Shown here in pieces: positions 1 to 14,316 of a DNA stretch of 64,000 nt (position 1 is the stretch's first letter; the number at the start of each line of letters is the position of its first letter). A program made the position numbers and the translations under genes. Source of the stretch: Eledone cirrhosa (lineage: Eukaryota); the NCBI GenBank assembly GCA_964016885.1, contig OZ024753.1, positions 46,376,001 through 46,440,000 on the forward strand. Reading direction: 5' to 3'. The notes below the pieces were generated by a model, which did not search any database, was not told the origin of the DNA, and was given only the letters and a program-made list of their open reading frames with translations.

Positions 1-59
1 GAAATATTCTGAGACTTAACCATCGAACATGTTTACATTCTGCCTCTCATGGTTTCACT

Positions 60-520
60 AAAAGCAATTCTGACAACATTTATATAATACTTTTCCATAG
101 ATAATGAAATTTATAAAACCTTCGTTCACTGTGTTATTATCTTTTCTCTACGTATTGAATGTCCTCTAAAACTTGCTCAATATTAATCTAACTATAAATT
201 TAGTTCATAAATGCTACAAAATCGAGTAGCTCTTACTATCTTTAACGGCAAGTTTTGTCCATCAATTTTAGAATATAAAAACCTTCGAAACTTTCCACCA
301 CGAATTATTGCCATTCTTAAGGACAAATACTTTCCATTTACCCAAACTTTAATTTCCGAGACTATCATTATCAGAAAATTTTGTAAAAACAATTTAGAGT
401 GGAAGTATGCATTCTCTAGCCAACATTCTGCAGCTAATACCATCTTTAACGACAAAGCCTTTATATTTATATTAATATTACATAGAAAACCTTTTAAGAT
501 TTTTGCTAAAACTCACTAAC
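60..520 (+). pseudogene. Highly decayed LINE reverse-transcriptase fragment
   Basis: FPPRIIAILKD, and in another frame RVEVCIL*PTF (cf. GVxQGCILSPxLF). Frameshifted, with stops. Confidence 0.35.
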
Positions 521-1524
521 TGACATACTTCTTTTATTTCTTGATTCATCTTCAGCGAATCTCAGTTCTTAGAGACAAGATGCGTGTATGAAGAAAGAAG
601 AAAAAGTATAAAAGAAATGTAGAGAAAAGGAAGTAGAGATACTTGTATTTACGTGATAGTCATATTCATATATAGATGTAACATAGTAGAAAAAGAATGT
701 ACGATACATTACAGTGTGGCTTCTTCTAGTGAGTGATATAAACATGATTTATTTAGTGATGTCTTCCTCACCCGAATCAATATATTATCACACATTTTTC
801 AACGACTTATTTACCTTTACTACAGAAGAAGGAGAAATAAAAACAAAATGAAGAAATATTGGTTCGCTCGTTCTTATCCTTAGATAAATAATATCAATTT
901 CGAATAAAATGTTGTTTGTTGATTGATATTATTGTTGTTGTTTGTTTCATTTGTTGTCTTGTGAAATCAGAAGAGCAATAATGTATTGATCTGCTACCAG
1001 AGAAGATATGTATACGAGATATATAGATATTCGATTGTCTACTAGATACTGAGTTCTCTTTACTCGTGACTCACAACTATATAGTTATGTAAGGTCTGTC
1101 TGTATATTTACATATACATACACGCACACACACATATATATATACATATATATATACATATATATATATACATATACAGAAATCCATATATAAGCATATG
1201 TATATGATTATATATATATATATGCACCTATGTGTATATACATATATATACGCATGTTTGTAGAATTATTCAATGTACGAAATGTAGCCGTTTCCTATTT
1301 GATTATACATAAATATTATTTGTTGTCTCTCTCTCTCTCTCTGTCTCTCTCTCTCTCTCTACATATATATTTGTATTTATGTGTATATATACATATGAGA
1401 GTGTGTGTATGTGTGTGTATGTATTTACGTGTATATATATATATATGTGTGTGTGTATGCATAAATATCTATATGCGCGTGTGTGAGTATGTATTTACGT
1501 GTATATATGTGTGTGTGCGTATAA

Positions 1525-1585
<61 letters not shown>

Positions 1586-1734
1586 CTAATCTTATTTTCT
1601 CATAATTTTATTTCTATATTTCCAGTGGAATATTTCATTGATTAATCAACATTTGTGCCTCAGTAATAACAGGCCGTTACAATTGACACTAATAAGAGTG
1701 GCGGTGGTGGTGAGGTGAGGATGGTGTTGGTGTT

Positions 1735-1915
1735 ATTGGTGGTGGTGGTGATGGTGTTGGGGTGAGGATGGTAGATGGGTGTGGTGGCAATGGCGGTGGT
1801 GGTGGTGGTGGCGATGGTGTTGGGGTGAGGATGGTAGATGGGTGTGGTGGCAATGGCGGCGGTGGTGGTGGTGGCGATGGTGTTGGGGTGAGGATGGTAG
1901 GTGGATGTGGTGGAA
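1735..1915. repeat. GGT-rich tandem repeat, ~63-bp period, ~3 copies
   Basis: ATGGTGTTGGGGTGAGG recurs at 1751, 1814 and 1877. Confidence 0.8.
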
Positions 1916-2235
1916 GTGGTGGTGGGGGATGAGAATGGTAGGGGGGTGACAGTGGTGGAGCTGGTGGTGGTAGTTGTCGTCGTCTAAGTGGATTCGCTGA
2001 AACATTGTCTGAAAAACAGTTTTGTTGCGACTCTTTACGTTGAGTTCAAATCTTGACGAAGCCTGAAGACCAGTATGTCATTAACCATGGTAGACACATG
2101 AAAGGGATTAACTTTGCTCTATGGTACTTCCTGGTTAAGATAATGTACCAGTCATGTACTAGGGTCCGAAATATAAAGCATATCTTTCTTTCTTCTGAAG
2201 ATCACTGTGGCGTGAAAGGAACGGTAAGTTAAAAT

Positions 2236-2701
<466 letters not shown>

Positions 2702-2835
2702 GTGCATTGGTGTGTAACGGTCAGTTACTAATGATTGACCAGTTTGAGCACTCAATGTTAATATGTGGATCCGACTATCGATGTGGGGTTCTACTTTTGC
2801 CTTGTCACCAGTTTCGGTATAACAAATAAAGTGTT

Positions 2836-3023
2836 AATAATTGTTTCTACTTTAGGCACAAGGCCAGCAATAACACCAGTGCATTACTGGTACTTTATTT
2901 CATCGATCCCGTAAGGATGAAAAGCAAAGTCAACTGCGGCGGGATTTGAACTCAGACCATAAAGGGCCATAACTCTTTGCTGCAAAGCATGGCGTCCGAC
3001 ACTCTACCGATAGTGCCAATCCA
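2836..3023 (-). mobile_element. tRNA-derived SINE (dominant family of this window)
   Basis: Reverse complement of the consensus GGATTGGCAGTATCGG...GAGTTCAAATCC (B box)...CTTTCATCC...GTCGATAAAATAAAGTACCAG...GTAGAAACAATTA. Confidence 0.85.
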
Positions 3024-3751
3024 AATGATTTCTATTATAAGCACAAGGCCAGCAATTTGTAGAAGTGGCGGGGGGGGGGGGGGGGGGTAAAGTCGATTAT
3101 ATCAATCCAAGCGAGAATGAAATATCAAGTAAACATTGATATATTTTATTCACGTGTGACGTAGGTTTCGCAAACAATCAGCTCAAGGTACGATCGGTCA
3201 TGATAGAGCCCGACTCTGGACTCAATAGCTCATCAGACTTGTAAGTTCTCAAATAAATGGAATTATATCTGTCACACCGTTGTAAAGACGTTGTCAACTC
3301 AGAATCTGTTGTACATCTTTAGAGTTCATTGGTTGTGTGTGTGTGTAGCGAGAGGGGGGGGGTGCTCGGGTCAGTGAGGGTGGCGCTGGTGGTGGCTGTA
3401 ACAATTAGAATGTTGTCCTAGACACATATACTTTTAACTGATTAACAATAATAGAATAATAAAATGATAAAAACAATAAAATAATGAAGAAACGAGATAA
3501 GTGGAGAAGAGAAATAAAGAATCGAGAGATAAGAAGAAAGAACAAAAGAAAAGTAAAGGCATATATATGTGAGTGTGTGTGTATAAACATACATCGATTT
3601 ATACATATATATGTATATATATATGTATATATATATGTATATATATATATATACATATATATATATGTATATATATATATACATATATATATATGTATAT
3701 ATATATATGTACATACATGTGTATGTTCATATATATATATATATAATTGTA

Positions 3752-3797
<46 letters not shown>

Positions 3798-3834
3798 ATA
3801 AGTATGTTTGTATATCATATATATATATATTGTG

Positions 3835-3905
<71 letters not shown>

Positions 3906-4577
3906 TTCACTTAGGTGCGTATTGTTTTCTTTTTCTGTTTTTTATCGTTTCTGTTATTCTATTGTTGTTGATAATGATGTTGTTGATGGTGGTGGTGGTG
4001 GTGGTGGTGGTGGTGGTGGTGGTGGTGTTGTTGATGTTGATGTTGATGTTGGTGTTGATGTTGTTGGTGTTGTTCGTGGCGATGTTTGTTCATGCTGTTT
4101 TTGATGTTGTCATCTATCTGTTCCTGCAATTTAGCAAAAACATTTCCTATGATTCGATTTCATGTCATGTTTCATTGTATCGATTTTGTAGGTCGCCATA
4201 TATATTTTTTTCTCTACATTCCTATTTTTCTTCTTCATTTATTTGTGTTTTTCTTTGATTTGTTGTTTTTCTGTTCGTTTTTGATATTTTTATTGATTAA
4301 TATCGTTGTTCCTCCAATGTGTATTAACAATTATGTGTAGAAATATGTGTATATATATATCTGTGTGTGTGAGTGTGTAAGTATATATACACATATATGT
4401 ATGTGCATATATATATATGTACCTATATACACATCTATGTATGTAAGTATATATACGTACGTATATATATATATACATCTATGTATGTATGTATATATAT
4501 ATATATACATCTATGTATGTATGTATATATACATATATATATACACATCTATGTATGTATATATATATATATACATC

Positions 4578-4622
<45 letters not shown>

Positions 4623-4634
4623 TTATATATATAT

Positions 4635-4698
<64 letters not shown>

Positions 4699-4960
4699 AC
4701 ATAGCTACTCGTTTCTGGGTTTATAAAACGACTGAGTACGGAAGAGGATCACTATTTGAAACTGGTTAATTGAATTGTACATCAGTATATACTTGTATAA
4801 CCCGGAACATGTGATATAGCCCCAGGGTCACCGTAGTAACATCTGAGGAACTGGTGGAGCCCTCCCCTTCTACACGTCTCAATACACTTGATTTCTTCCA
4901 AGGAGAGAGGGAAAAGAGTGGGGGACAGAGAAGGAGATAGGGAATGTAGAGAAGGAGAAG

Positions 4961-5019
<59 letters not shown>

Positions 5020-5437
5020 GAGAGAGTAGAAGTGAAGAAGAGATATAGCGCGAAAAATCGACCTATTATTGACTGAGTACATTTATATCGACATTGAAGA
5101 GATGAAAGGCAACGTTGACCTCGGTGTAATTCGAACTCAGAGAGTACAGAGAGCTGTAAACAATCCAATATATTCTATCTGACTATCTAATGGCACTGTC
5201 AATTCGGCGCCTTGAGTGACCTCTGGTGAGGTATAAAATAACGGAATAACTCCCAACATTCTGGTAGGTTTAAAATCTAATCAAACTTCCTTTTGGGTTT
5301 TTAATTTTAAACACCGAGGAATTGAGATAATTCTAATTCGTGAGATAATATAAGATCTATACATTGGAATAATATAAATATTATACACTAATAAGTTACA
5401 ATAAAAACATTAAAATTCATTGTTTAATATTAGAATT

Positions 5438-5841
5438 AAGCAGAATTGGTAGAGCGTCCACCAAAATTATATTGTGGTATTTGTTCTGTAATTTTTTTTA
5501 CATTCTGATTTCAAATCCCGCCGAGGTCAACTTTGCCTTTCATTCTTCTTCGTTCCAGTGTCGATCAAATAAAGTACCAGTCATGTACTGGGATTGAATT
5601 AATCATTTTTGATGTCCAAATTGAAACTAATTATTATCGATATATGGTATTATTGGCAGTATCGGTAGAGGGTCGGACTCCATGCTTTCCAGCATAGTTA
5701 CGTCCCTTTACGATCTGAGTTCAAATCCCGCCGAGGTTGACTTTGCCTTTCATCCTTGCGGGGTCGATAAAATAAAGTACCAGTAATGCACTGGGTAATT
5801 GCTGGCCTTGTGCCTAAAGTAGAAACAATTATTATCGATAT
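5438..5841 (+). mobile_element. Two tandem SINEs: older copy 5438-5630, younger copy 5652-5830 with a 15-bp target-site duplication
   Basis: Both match the SINE consensus. AATTATTATCGATAT occurs at 5629-5643 and 5827-5841. Confidence 0.85.
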
Positions 5842-5944
5842 TTAATAGCCATCAATCTGATCATCTTCAATCACAATTCGATTCATGTAATCTATAAAGT
5901 TATATAAATTCGAACTTACTAGCTTTTAATTCATTGTATTATAA

Positions 5945-5983
<39 letters not shown>

Positions 5984-6080
5984 CATACATATATATACAC
6001 ACATACATTACATCGTTTGCTGTGTTGTTTTCCGTCTTCGTATACATTCACACACACATATGTGTGTGTGTGAGTGCATG

Positions 6081-6135
<55 letters not shown>

Positions 6136-6489
6136 TATACACACACACACACATGTATTTGTTTCTATTTTCAAACAGTCTTTCTCTGAAAACCATAAAT
6201 TTCTCTCTCTCAAATATTGTTGTTGTCAATATTATTTTCAATTTTATTGCGTTTTTATTGTTTTCGCTGTGGCTTTGTTATTTGGTGTATGTGTGTGTAT
6301 ATGTGAGTGTTTGTATGTGTATGGATGTGTGAGTGTTTATATGTGTGTGGATGTGTGAGTATTTGTATGTGTGTTGATGTGTGTGTGTTTTCATTTTGTT
6401 TTTGTTTTTTGTTAGCTGTCGAAATCTATCTAAAACATTTTACTTTGCCCATATTTGAAGGTAACCGATACAAAGTAAATGACGTTCAA

Positions 6490-6507
6490 ATGTACACATA
6501 TATATAT

Positions 6508-6539
<32 letters not shown>

Positions 6540-7077
6540 GTACATATACATATATATATATATATGTACATATACATATATATATACATATACATATATA
6601 TATATATATATGTACATATACATACATATATATACATATATATATGTACATATACATACATATATATATATATATACATATACATACATATATATATACA
6701 TATACATACATATATATATATATATACATATACATACATATATGTATATATATATATACATATATATATATGTAAATATATATATATATGTAGATATACA
6801 TATATATATATATATATACATATGTGTATATATATATATACATATATATATACATATATATACATATATGTATATATATATATATGTATATATATATACA
6901 TATATATATACATATATGTACATATATATATACATGTATATATACATATATATATACATACATACATATATACATATATATATACATACATATATACATA
7001 TATATATACATACACATATATATACATACATATATATATATACATATATATACATATATATATAATATACAAATATG

Positions 7078-7123
<46 letters not shown>

Positions 7124-7223
7124 CGTATATATATATGTATGTATATATATACATATATGTATATATATATATGTATTTATATATATATATATATATATAT
7201 ATACATACATATATATATATACA

Positions 7224-7267
<44 letters not shown>

Positions 7268-7289
7268 CATATATATATATATATATACA

Positions 7290-7327
<38 letters not shown>
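6490..7327. repeat. Long (TA)n/(TACA) microsatellite
   Basis: Seen directly; source of the spurious YI-repeat ORFs. Confidence 0.95.
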
Positions 7328-7328
<1 letters not shown>

Positions 7329-7765
7329 GAGCAGAGCAGCATATATCCATATTCTTCATTTTTCCCATTCTTCTCCATCTGATTCTTATTGACAAAAAAA
7401 ACGAGGAAATTGACAAGATCTGCCAATGTTGATGATGGAAGCTGTCATGTCTTATTACATACCTCCCGCTTTTTCTACTTATACACACACATCTATAAAC
7501 AGACACACATATATACTTATGCACGTTGATATATATACATACACACACATCTATAAACAGGCACAAGTATATACATACACATACATATATATATATCTAT
7601 ACATATACAGGTAGACATATACACATACATATATATAGAAAGTAAAAATTTTATAGAATTTATATTATTGTATATAGCCCAGAAAGCTCCAAGTAGAAAA
7701 CAAAAATTGAGAAAACAAAAATTGAGTAGGTTGCAGTGGTTATAAAATACACAAACATACACACG

Positions 7766-7839
<74 letters not shown>

Positions 7840-7932
7840 TGTATGTATGTATATATACACACATATACCTATACTCTTCGACTTGAGATACGTTTTCAAC
7901 TGTGGTCATCTTCCTATATATATCGGAAATCC

Positions 7933-8033
<101 letters not shown>

Positions 8034-8083
8034 GTGTGTGTGTATACTATATTATATAAATTGAATGACAAACTGGTGTGTAC

Positions 8084-8147
8084 TTTCCTACGTACTCGGA
8101 GTTTCCCGAAACAAGCTGATATTACTTCGTTCGTCAGCGATTAGAAA
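8084..8147 (-). ncRNA. Minimal type I hammerhead ribozyme-like motif in a short TA-flanked insertion (8058-8192)
   Basis: Minus strand: tttctaatcg CTGACGA acgaagta...tgtttcgg GAAA ctc-c-gag TA cgtaggaaa. Stems I, II and III are drawable, with a GUA cleavage triplet. The 10.1-11.1 pair is mismatched. Confidence 0.6.
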
Positions 8148-8231
8148 GAGGCCCACCGGCGGTGATCTCACCCCCAAATTCAAGCAACACTATAGTGTGT
8201 GTTGTGTGTATATGTGTGTATATATATATAC

Positions 8232-8354
<123 letters not shown>

Positions 8355-8803
8355 GGCTGTAGTTATATACGTGTGTGTGTGTTGGCGTATTTCCATACGT
8401 AAATCTATAAATATGTATGAGTCTCTAGTTGTATTCTTATGTGAGTCTGTGTGTGTGTGTGTCTGTGTATGTTTATGTGTGTATTTTGTATTATGTATGA
8501 AAGACTGTGTTAAAATGAATGTAGTTGTAAGATGTAAATGTTAAAAGATGTTAAATCTTATTGATAGATGCTGAAAAGAAGACTCTGACGGCCGCAGCAG
8601 ATTTTTGATTTCCATAGAAAATCTTTAAACTTTCATAGCAAATCATTTCTTTAACGCTCTCTCTCTATCTCTCTCCCTCTCTCTCTCTCTCTGTAACCTT
8701 CAGTCTTTTTTTCTCTTTCCGTTTCTTTCTTTCACTATCTATATGTCTGTATATAACATATAGTATTTATATGTATATACATTATATATATATACACATA
8801 TAC

Positions 8804-8848
<45 letters not shown>

Positions 8849-10294
8849 TGTATATACATTTTCTATATATTGTATTTCGTTATTAGTTATTAGTATATAC
8901 ATCTTCTATATATTGTATTTCGTTATTAGTATCGCTCCAGACGATCGTACAGTATATGACTTACCTATTTGTCTCAACATTTCTTCAGAATAAGAAACGT
9001 CTGTAAATGAAGCCCTCGTTACAGCTAACAACCAGATATCAGGTTTAGAATAGGTTATAATAATAGTATTTTTTTATTTTAAATAAGATGAAATAAGTAC
9101 TAAGTTATAATGGACAAATACATTCATAATATACTAAAACTGTACAAAACTAAGCTAAATATGAAATATTTCTAAAAAATACAAAATTATTTCTGACATA
9201 TACACAAAGCCACCACTTTTAGGGGAGGGGAAAGTCGATTATATCGATCTCAGAACTTGACTGGTACTTTATTTTATAAACTTCGACAAGAACATAAAAG
9301 TAGATGCTGCTCTTGTCTTCTTAAATTAAAAACTAACAGAGTTTGGAGCAGTGCAAATAGTCTTCTGTTGCTCAACTTCCTTATATGCATTTTTAAGATT
9401 GTTGTATGTGTATTGTTTATATCAGGATTGGAAGGGAAGTACCTTTAACCCTTTTCAGTAGCTCCCAGTTTAATGGAAGGGAGGAAGGTATCCTCAATCC
9501 GGAGATTTCGTCTGAAAGTTTATGGCAATATTGATTCTTCCAAAGCAACCCAAACACCAAGCGATATTAAATCAATGCAGGGATTAAATGTAGGACCCAA
9601 TTTACCAGAATGAGATTTGAACTGGGAATACAGAGAGTTGGAACATTCAGCAAGTTATTTCCTCCGATATTCTAACAATTATACCAATCCAACACCATGG
9701 ACTGGTATTTTATTTTATCGAAGCCGAATGGATGCGACGTAAATTTGACTGAAGCAGTATAACAAACTAAAAATATGATATATTACAGCAGTGTTAACAA
9801 TAATGCATAACTTGCAGTTGCTGCATAAATTGTTGTTGCAATGCAACGAATCCTGCTGACTCTGCAGCGGTACAAATAACTCTTAACATGCACAATTTAC
9901 CAATATGCAGTTGCAATATATATATAATGTGCATATATATAATGCATAGATATTTCTATACAACGGAAGAAGGTGAATTTGCAGCAGCACCAACTGCTAA
10001 CTGGATGCACAATTTACCAATAAGCAGTTGCTATATTAATAATAGATATAAGTACAATAGAGCGGATGCACTGTAGTTAGAACGACACGATTTAACAAAA
10101 GGCTCATACTAGCTTCTCGTTCTTCAAATCACGATTTACAACACGATCTTCAGGTTTTTTTTACTATTTCAGATTGGGTGGATTTTTTTTTTACATTAGT
10201 ATGTGTGTTTGTGTATGTATGAGTGCATATGTGTTTGTATGTGTTGTTGTGGTTGTGTGTTGTGGTTGTCTGTTTGTTTGTGTGTATCTGTGGT

Positions 10295-10342
<48 letters not shown>

Positions 10343-10786
10343 ATTTGTATTTTTCCCGTTAATATTAAATAGTTATGAGCATCATTAGATCATGAACATC
10401 ATGAGCAAATCATCAACACCATCATCATCATCGTCGTCATCACTACCAATACTAGCAACACCATTATCATCTCCATTACCGTTACACCAACAACAACAAC
10501 AAGACGATATACAACAACAACAACAAGACGATATACAACAACAACAACAACAGCAACAATAATAATAATCGTCATCTTCTTTACTGTGTCTTATTGTCAG
10601 TTATATAGGTCACGATGGCGTGTCATTTCCCTCGGCTGCTATCTCATCAGTAGATACTTTTTATAAAGAATCCCTTCACTTCCTATTATTATGGATTCTC
10701 TTTACTTCCGGTGTATATAATATTTTAATTGAACAGACATGAAAATTTGTTTTGTTTTTACCTTTACGTGTGTGTACATATATATT

Positions 10787-11140
<354 letters not shown>

Positions 11141-12349
11141 GAGCGAGAGACACACAAAAAGAACAGCTAGCTGGTTAAGAAGATTGTTTTTTAACCATGG
11201 GGTCATAGAATCTGGACTGAACCAATGAGTTTGGGATCGATATTTGGTAGAGAAAATAATAAAATAACATTTTATATATATATATAAATGAAAGGTATAG
11301 AAAGTATTGTAGCAAGAAGCCAATATATATATATATATATTTATATATATAAATATATATATACAATGCCAAGTTTTAACTGCCCCAGACACATTGTTTA
11401 TCATTACGACGGCCCTACGACTCCGACGGGAGTTATGGGTCCATACATATACACACACACACATACATACATACATACATACATATACATATATGTATGT
11501 ACATGTGTGTGTGGAAAACCTACATTCATTCATCATTCGTTGATTTTGTTTTCAAAGCTTCATATTCCATTTTTACAAATATATCTTAACAACCCTGTTT
11601 ACTTACTTGTACATATAGCATGGTTAGTTTTCAAAATATAACTTCTCTGAAGAGAAATTCATTCAAGACTATTTTATATGGTCAAACAATTTTGTCTGTG
11701 ATCGTTAAATATATCGATTACTTAGATATAGACATGAAAGTTTAGGAGTTTAAGAAAAGAACGAACGGGTATGTGAAAAATTGACATAAATCTCCCAGGT
11801 GCATTACCAACATATAGGAGAGCAGTCTCCAAACGGGAAAGTTACGTTACTATAATGCAAACTAAGATCAATTAAATGAAAAGATGGCTGCATTTCCAGT
11901 AAAGCGTTTACATTATTTTCTTATTTTCAATAGAAAACGTGAAAATATTTCATAGAAATTTCATTGTAATATCTTGTTAAGGAAATGAAGTCAGCTTTTG
12001 AGAAATCTCCAACCGACTCCTCGAAATTAATCAGCAACAATACATGCAAACATTACAGTATGACTCACTTGTTAACGTAGATGAGTTTCAGAGATGTTTT
12101 TATTCTGAATCTAAATGGGAATAGAAAGTTAAGAATGATGTCTTAGATACTACCGTGTTTAACGAAAGAATACACTCGCTAAATATAAAATGAGGCAACT
12201 AAACACAAACAAAATTGACATTCTACAGACCAATGGTCAAACACAAGACTACAGAGACTTCCTTGTATACTAAAACTGAATAAAACTGAATAAAACAGTG
12301 GAAATACTGAAATACGGCAATGGATATACACAGTGGAAATACTACAGTG

Positions 12350-12810
12350 TTAGTGGTGGTTGGAGTGTTGGTGGTGATAGTGGTCGTGGTGGTGGTAGTG
12401 GTGGTGGTGGTGGTGATGGTGATGGAGGTGATGGTGCTGGTGCTGGTGGTGGTGCTAGTGGTGGTGGTGGTGGTGCTAGTGGTGGCGGTGCTAGTGGTGA
12501 TGGTGATGGTGGTGGTGCTGGTGCTGGTGCTGGTGGTGCTGGTGGTGCTAGTGGGGGTGGTGGTGGTGCTAATGGTGGTGGTGCTAGTGGTGACGGTGCT
12601 GGTGCTAGTGGTGGTGGTGGTGGTGCTGGTGCTGGTGCTAGTGGTGGTGGTGGTGGTGGTGCTGGTGCTGGTGCTGGAGCTAGTGGTGGTGGTGGTGGTG
12701 GTGGTGTGGTGGTGGTGGTGGTTGTGGTGGTGGTGGTGGGTGGTGGTGGTGGGTGGTGGTGGTAATGGGTGGTGGTGGTTGTGGGGGGTAGCGGTGGTGG
12801 GAGGGGAGTA
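12350..12810. repeat. (GGT/GCT)n trinucleotide-derived repeat
   Basis: Seen directly; produces the poly-Gly/Pro/Thr/Val ORFs. Confidence 0.9.
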
Positions 12811-13496
12811 AATAATGACAATAACAGTATTGATCACCATTTGATTAGCAATCGACTCCACATCGACAACACCACTCTTATTCTCCCTCATTGCTCTCAG
12901 AAAGCTACATTACCAGATATCTATGTACGTATGTATGTATGTATATGCATGTGTATATGTTTATACACGCATGCGTCCATACGTATGTACCTATGTACGT
13001 GTGTATATATGTGTATGAACATAAGTATGTGCATATGTATATATATATATGTGTGTGTATGTGTTTGTCTGTATATATATATTTGTATGCATTTCTATAA
13101 CATAGTAGAAAATAATAGTAAAAAGACGACATTTTTTTAAATGCACTTAATCAAATAAAACAGCAGATATAAAATTCGGTTTCTAAACAGGAATACACAA
13201 GTTAAGATGGCCGTTGGGTGACATCATTGATGTTCTAAGGATTGGAGCCAATATATTCGGAAAATAGTTTCAAATATGAAGAATCTGTTGCTGCCAGACA
13301 TGTCTTGGAATTAACAAATTCTCATATAAAAATAACCGAAACAATTGAATAAGAAGAACTAAACTATTATCTTATTGTTGGTTCTCTGTGAATCTTAAGG
13401 AAAGGAATGTAGTTTAGTGTGAAGAATTCCTAAGGGAAGATTCTTCTCAATGTATGTCATGTAGATGATGGGAAATCGAAACTCTGTCTGGATGGA

Positions 13497-13574
<78 letters not shown>

Positions 13575-13675
13575 GTGTGTGTATGTATGTATGTGTGTAT
13601 GTGTGTGTGTGTGTAAATGTGTAGCCATACCGGTTTGTATACATATACACAGCACACACACACTTGTATATATAA

Positions 13676-13732
<57 letters not shown>

Positions 13733-13797
13733 TATAGATATATATATATATATAGATATATATATATATATTAATATATAGATATATATATATATAT

Positions 13798-13876
<79 letters not shown>

Positions 13877-14316
13877 TATATATAGATAGATATATATATA
13901 TATATATATAGATATATATATATATATAGATATATAGATATATATATAGATATATATATAGATATATATATATATATAGAATTTAATATATATATATATA
14001 GAATTTAAAAAAAAAAAAAATATATATATATTGAAATACTTAACTAAAACACACACACACGAACTTGTGAGTACATTTTCCTTTAACTACAAATTATTAT
14101 TATATACTTTCGTCTTTTCATTAACTTAATTAATTTCAAATAACCAGAATATACATATATATATATATATATATACTCATATTTATATATATACGCTTCT
14201 CACTCACACACAAGAAAAACAAAAAACAAAAATAAATCAAAAATAAATTTAAAAAAAAAAAAAAATATATATATATTGAAATACTTAACTAAAACACACA
14301 CACACTCAAAACTAGA

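Noticed and set aside
12223-12891. Gly-, Pro-, Thr- and Val-rich ORFs resembling structural proteins
   Set aside because: Open in several frames on both strands because of the (GGT)n repeat; no unique domain.
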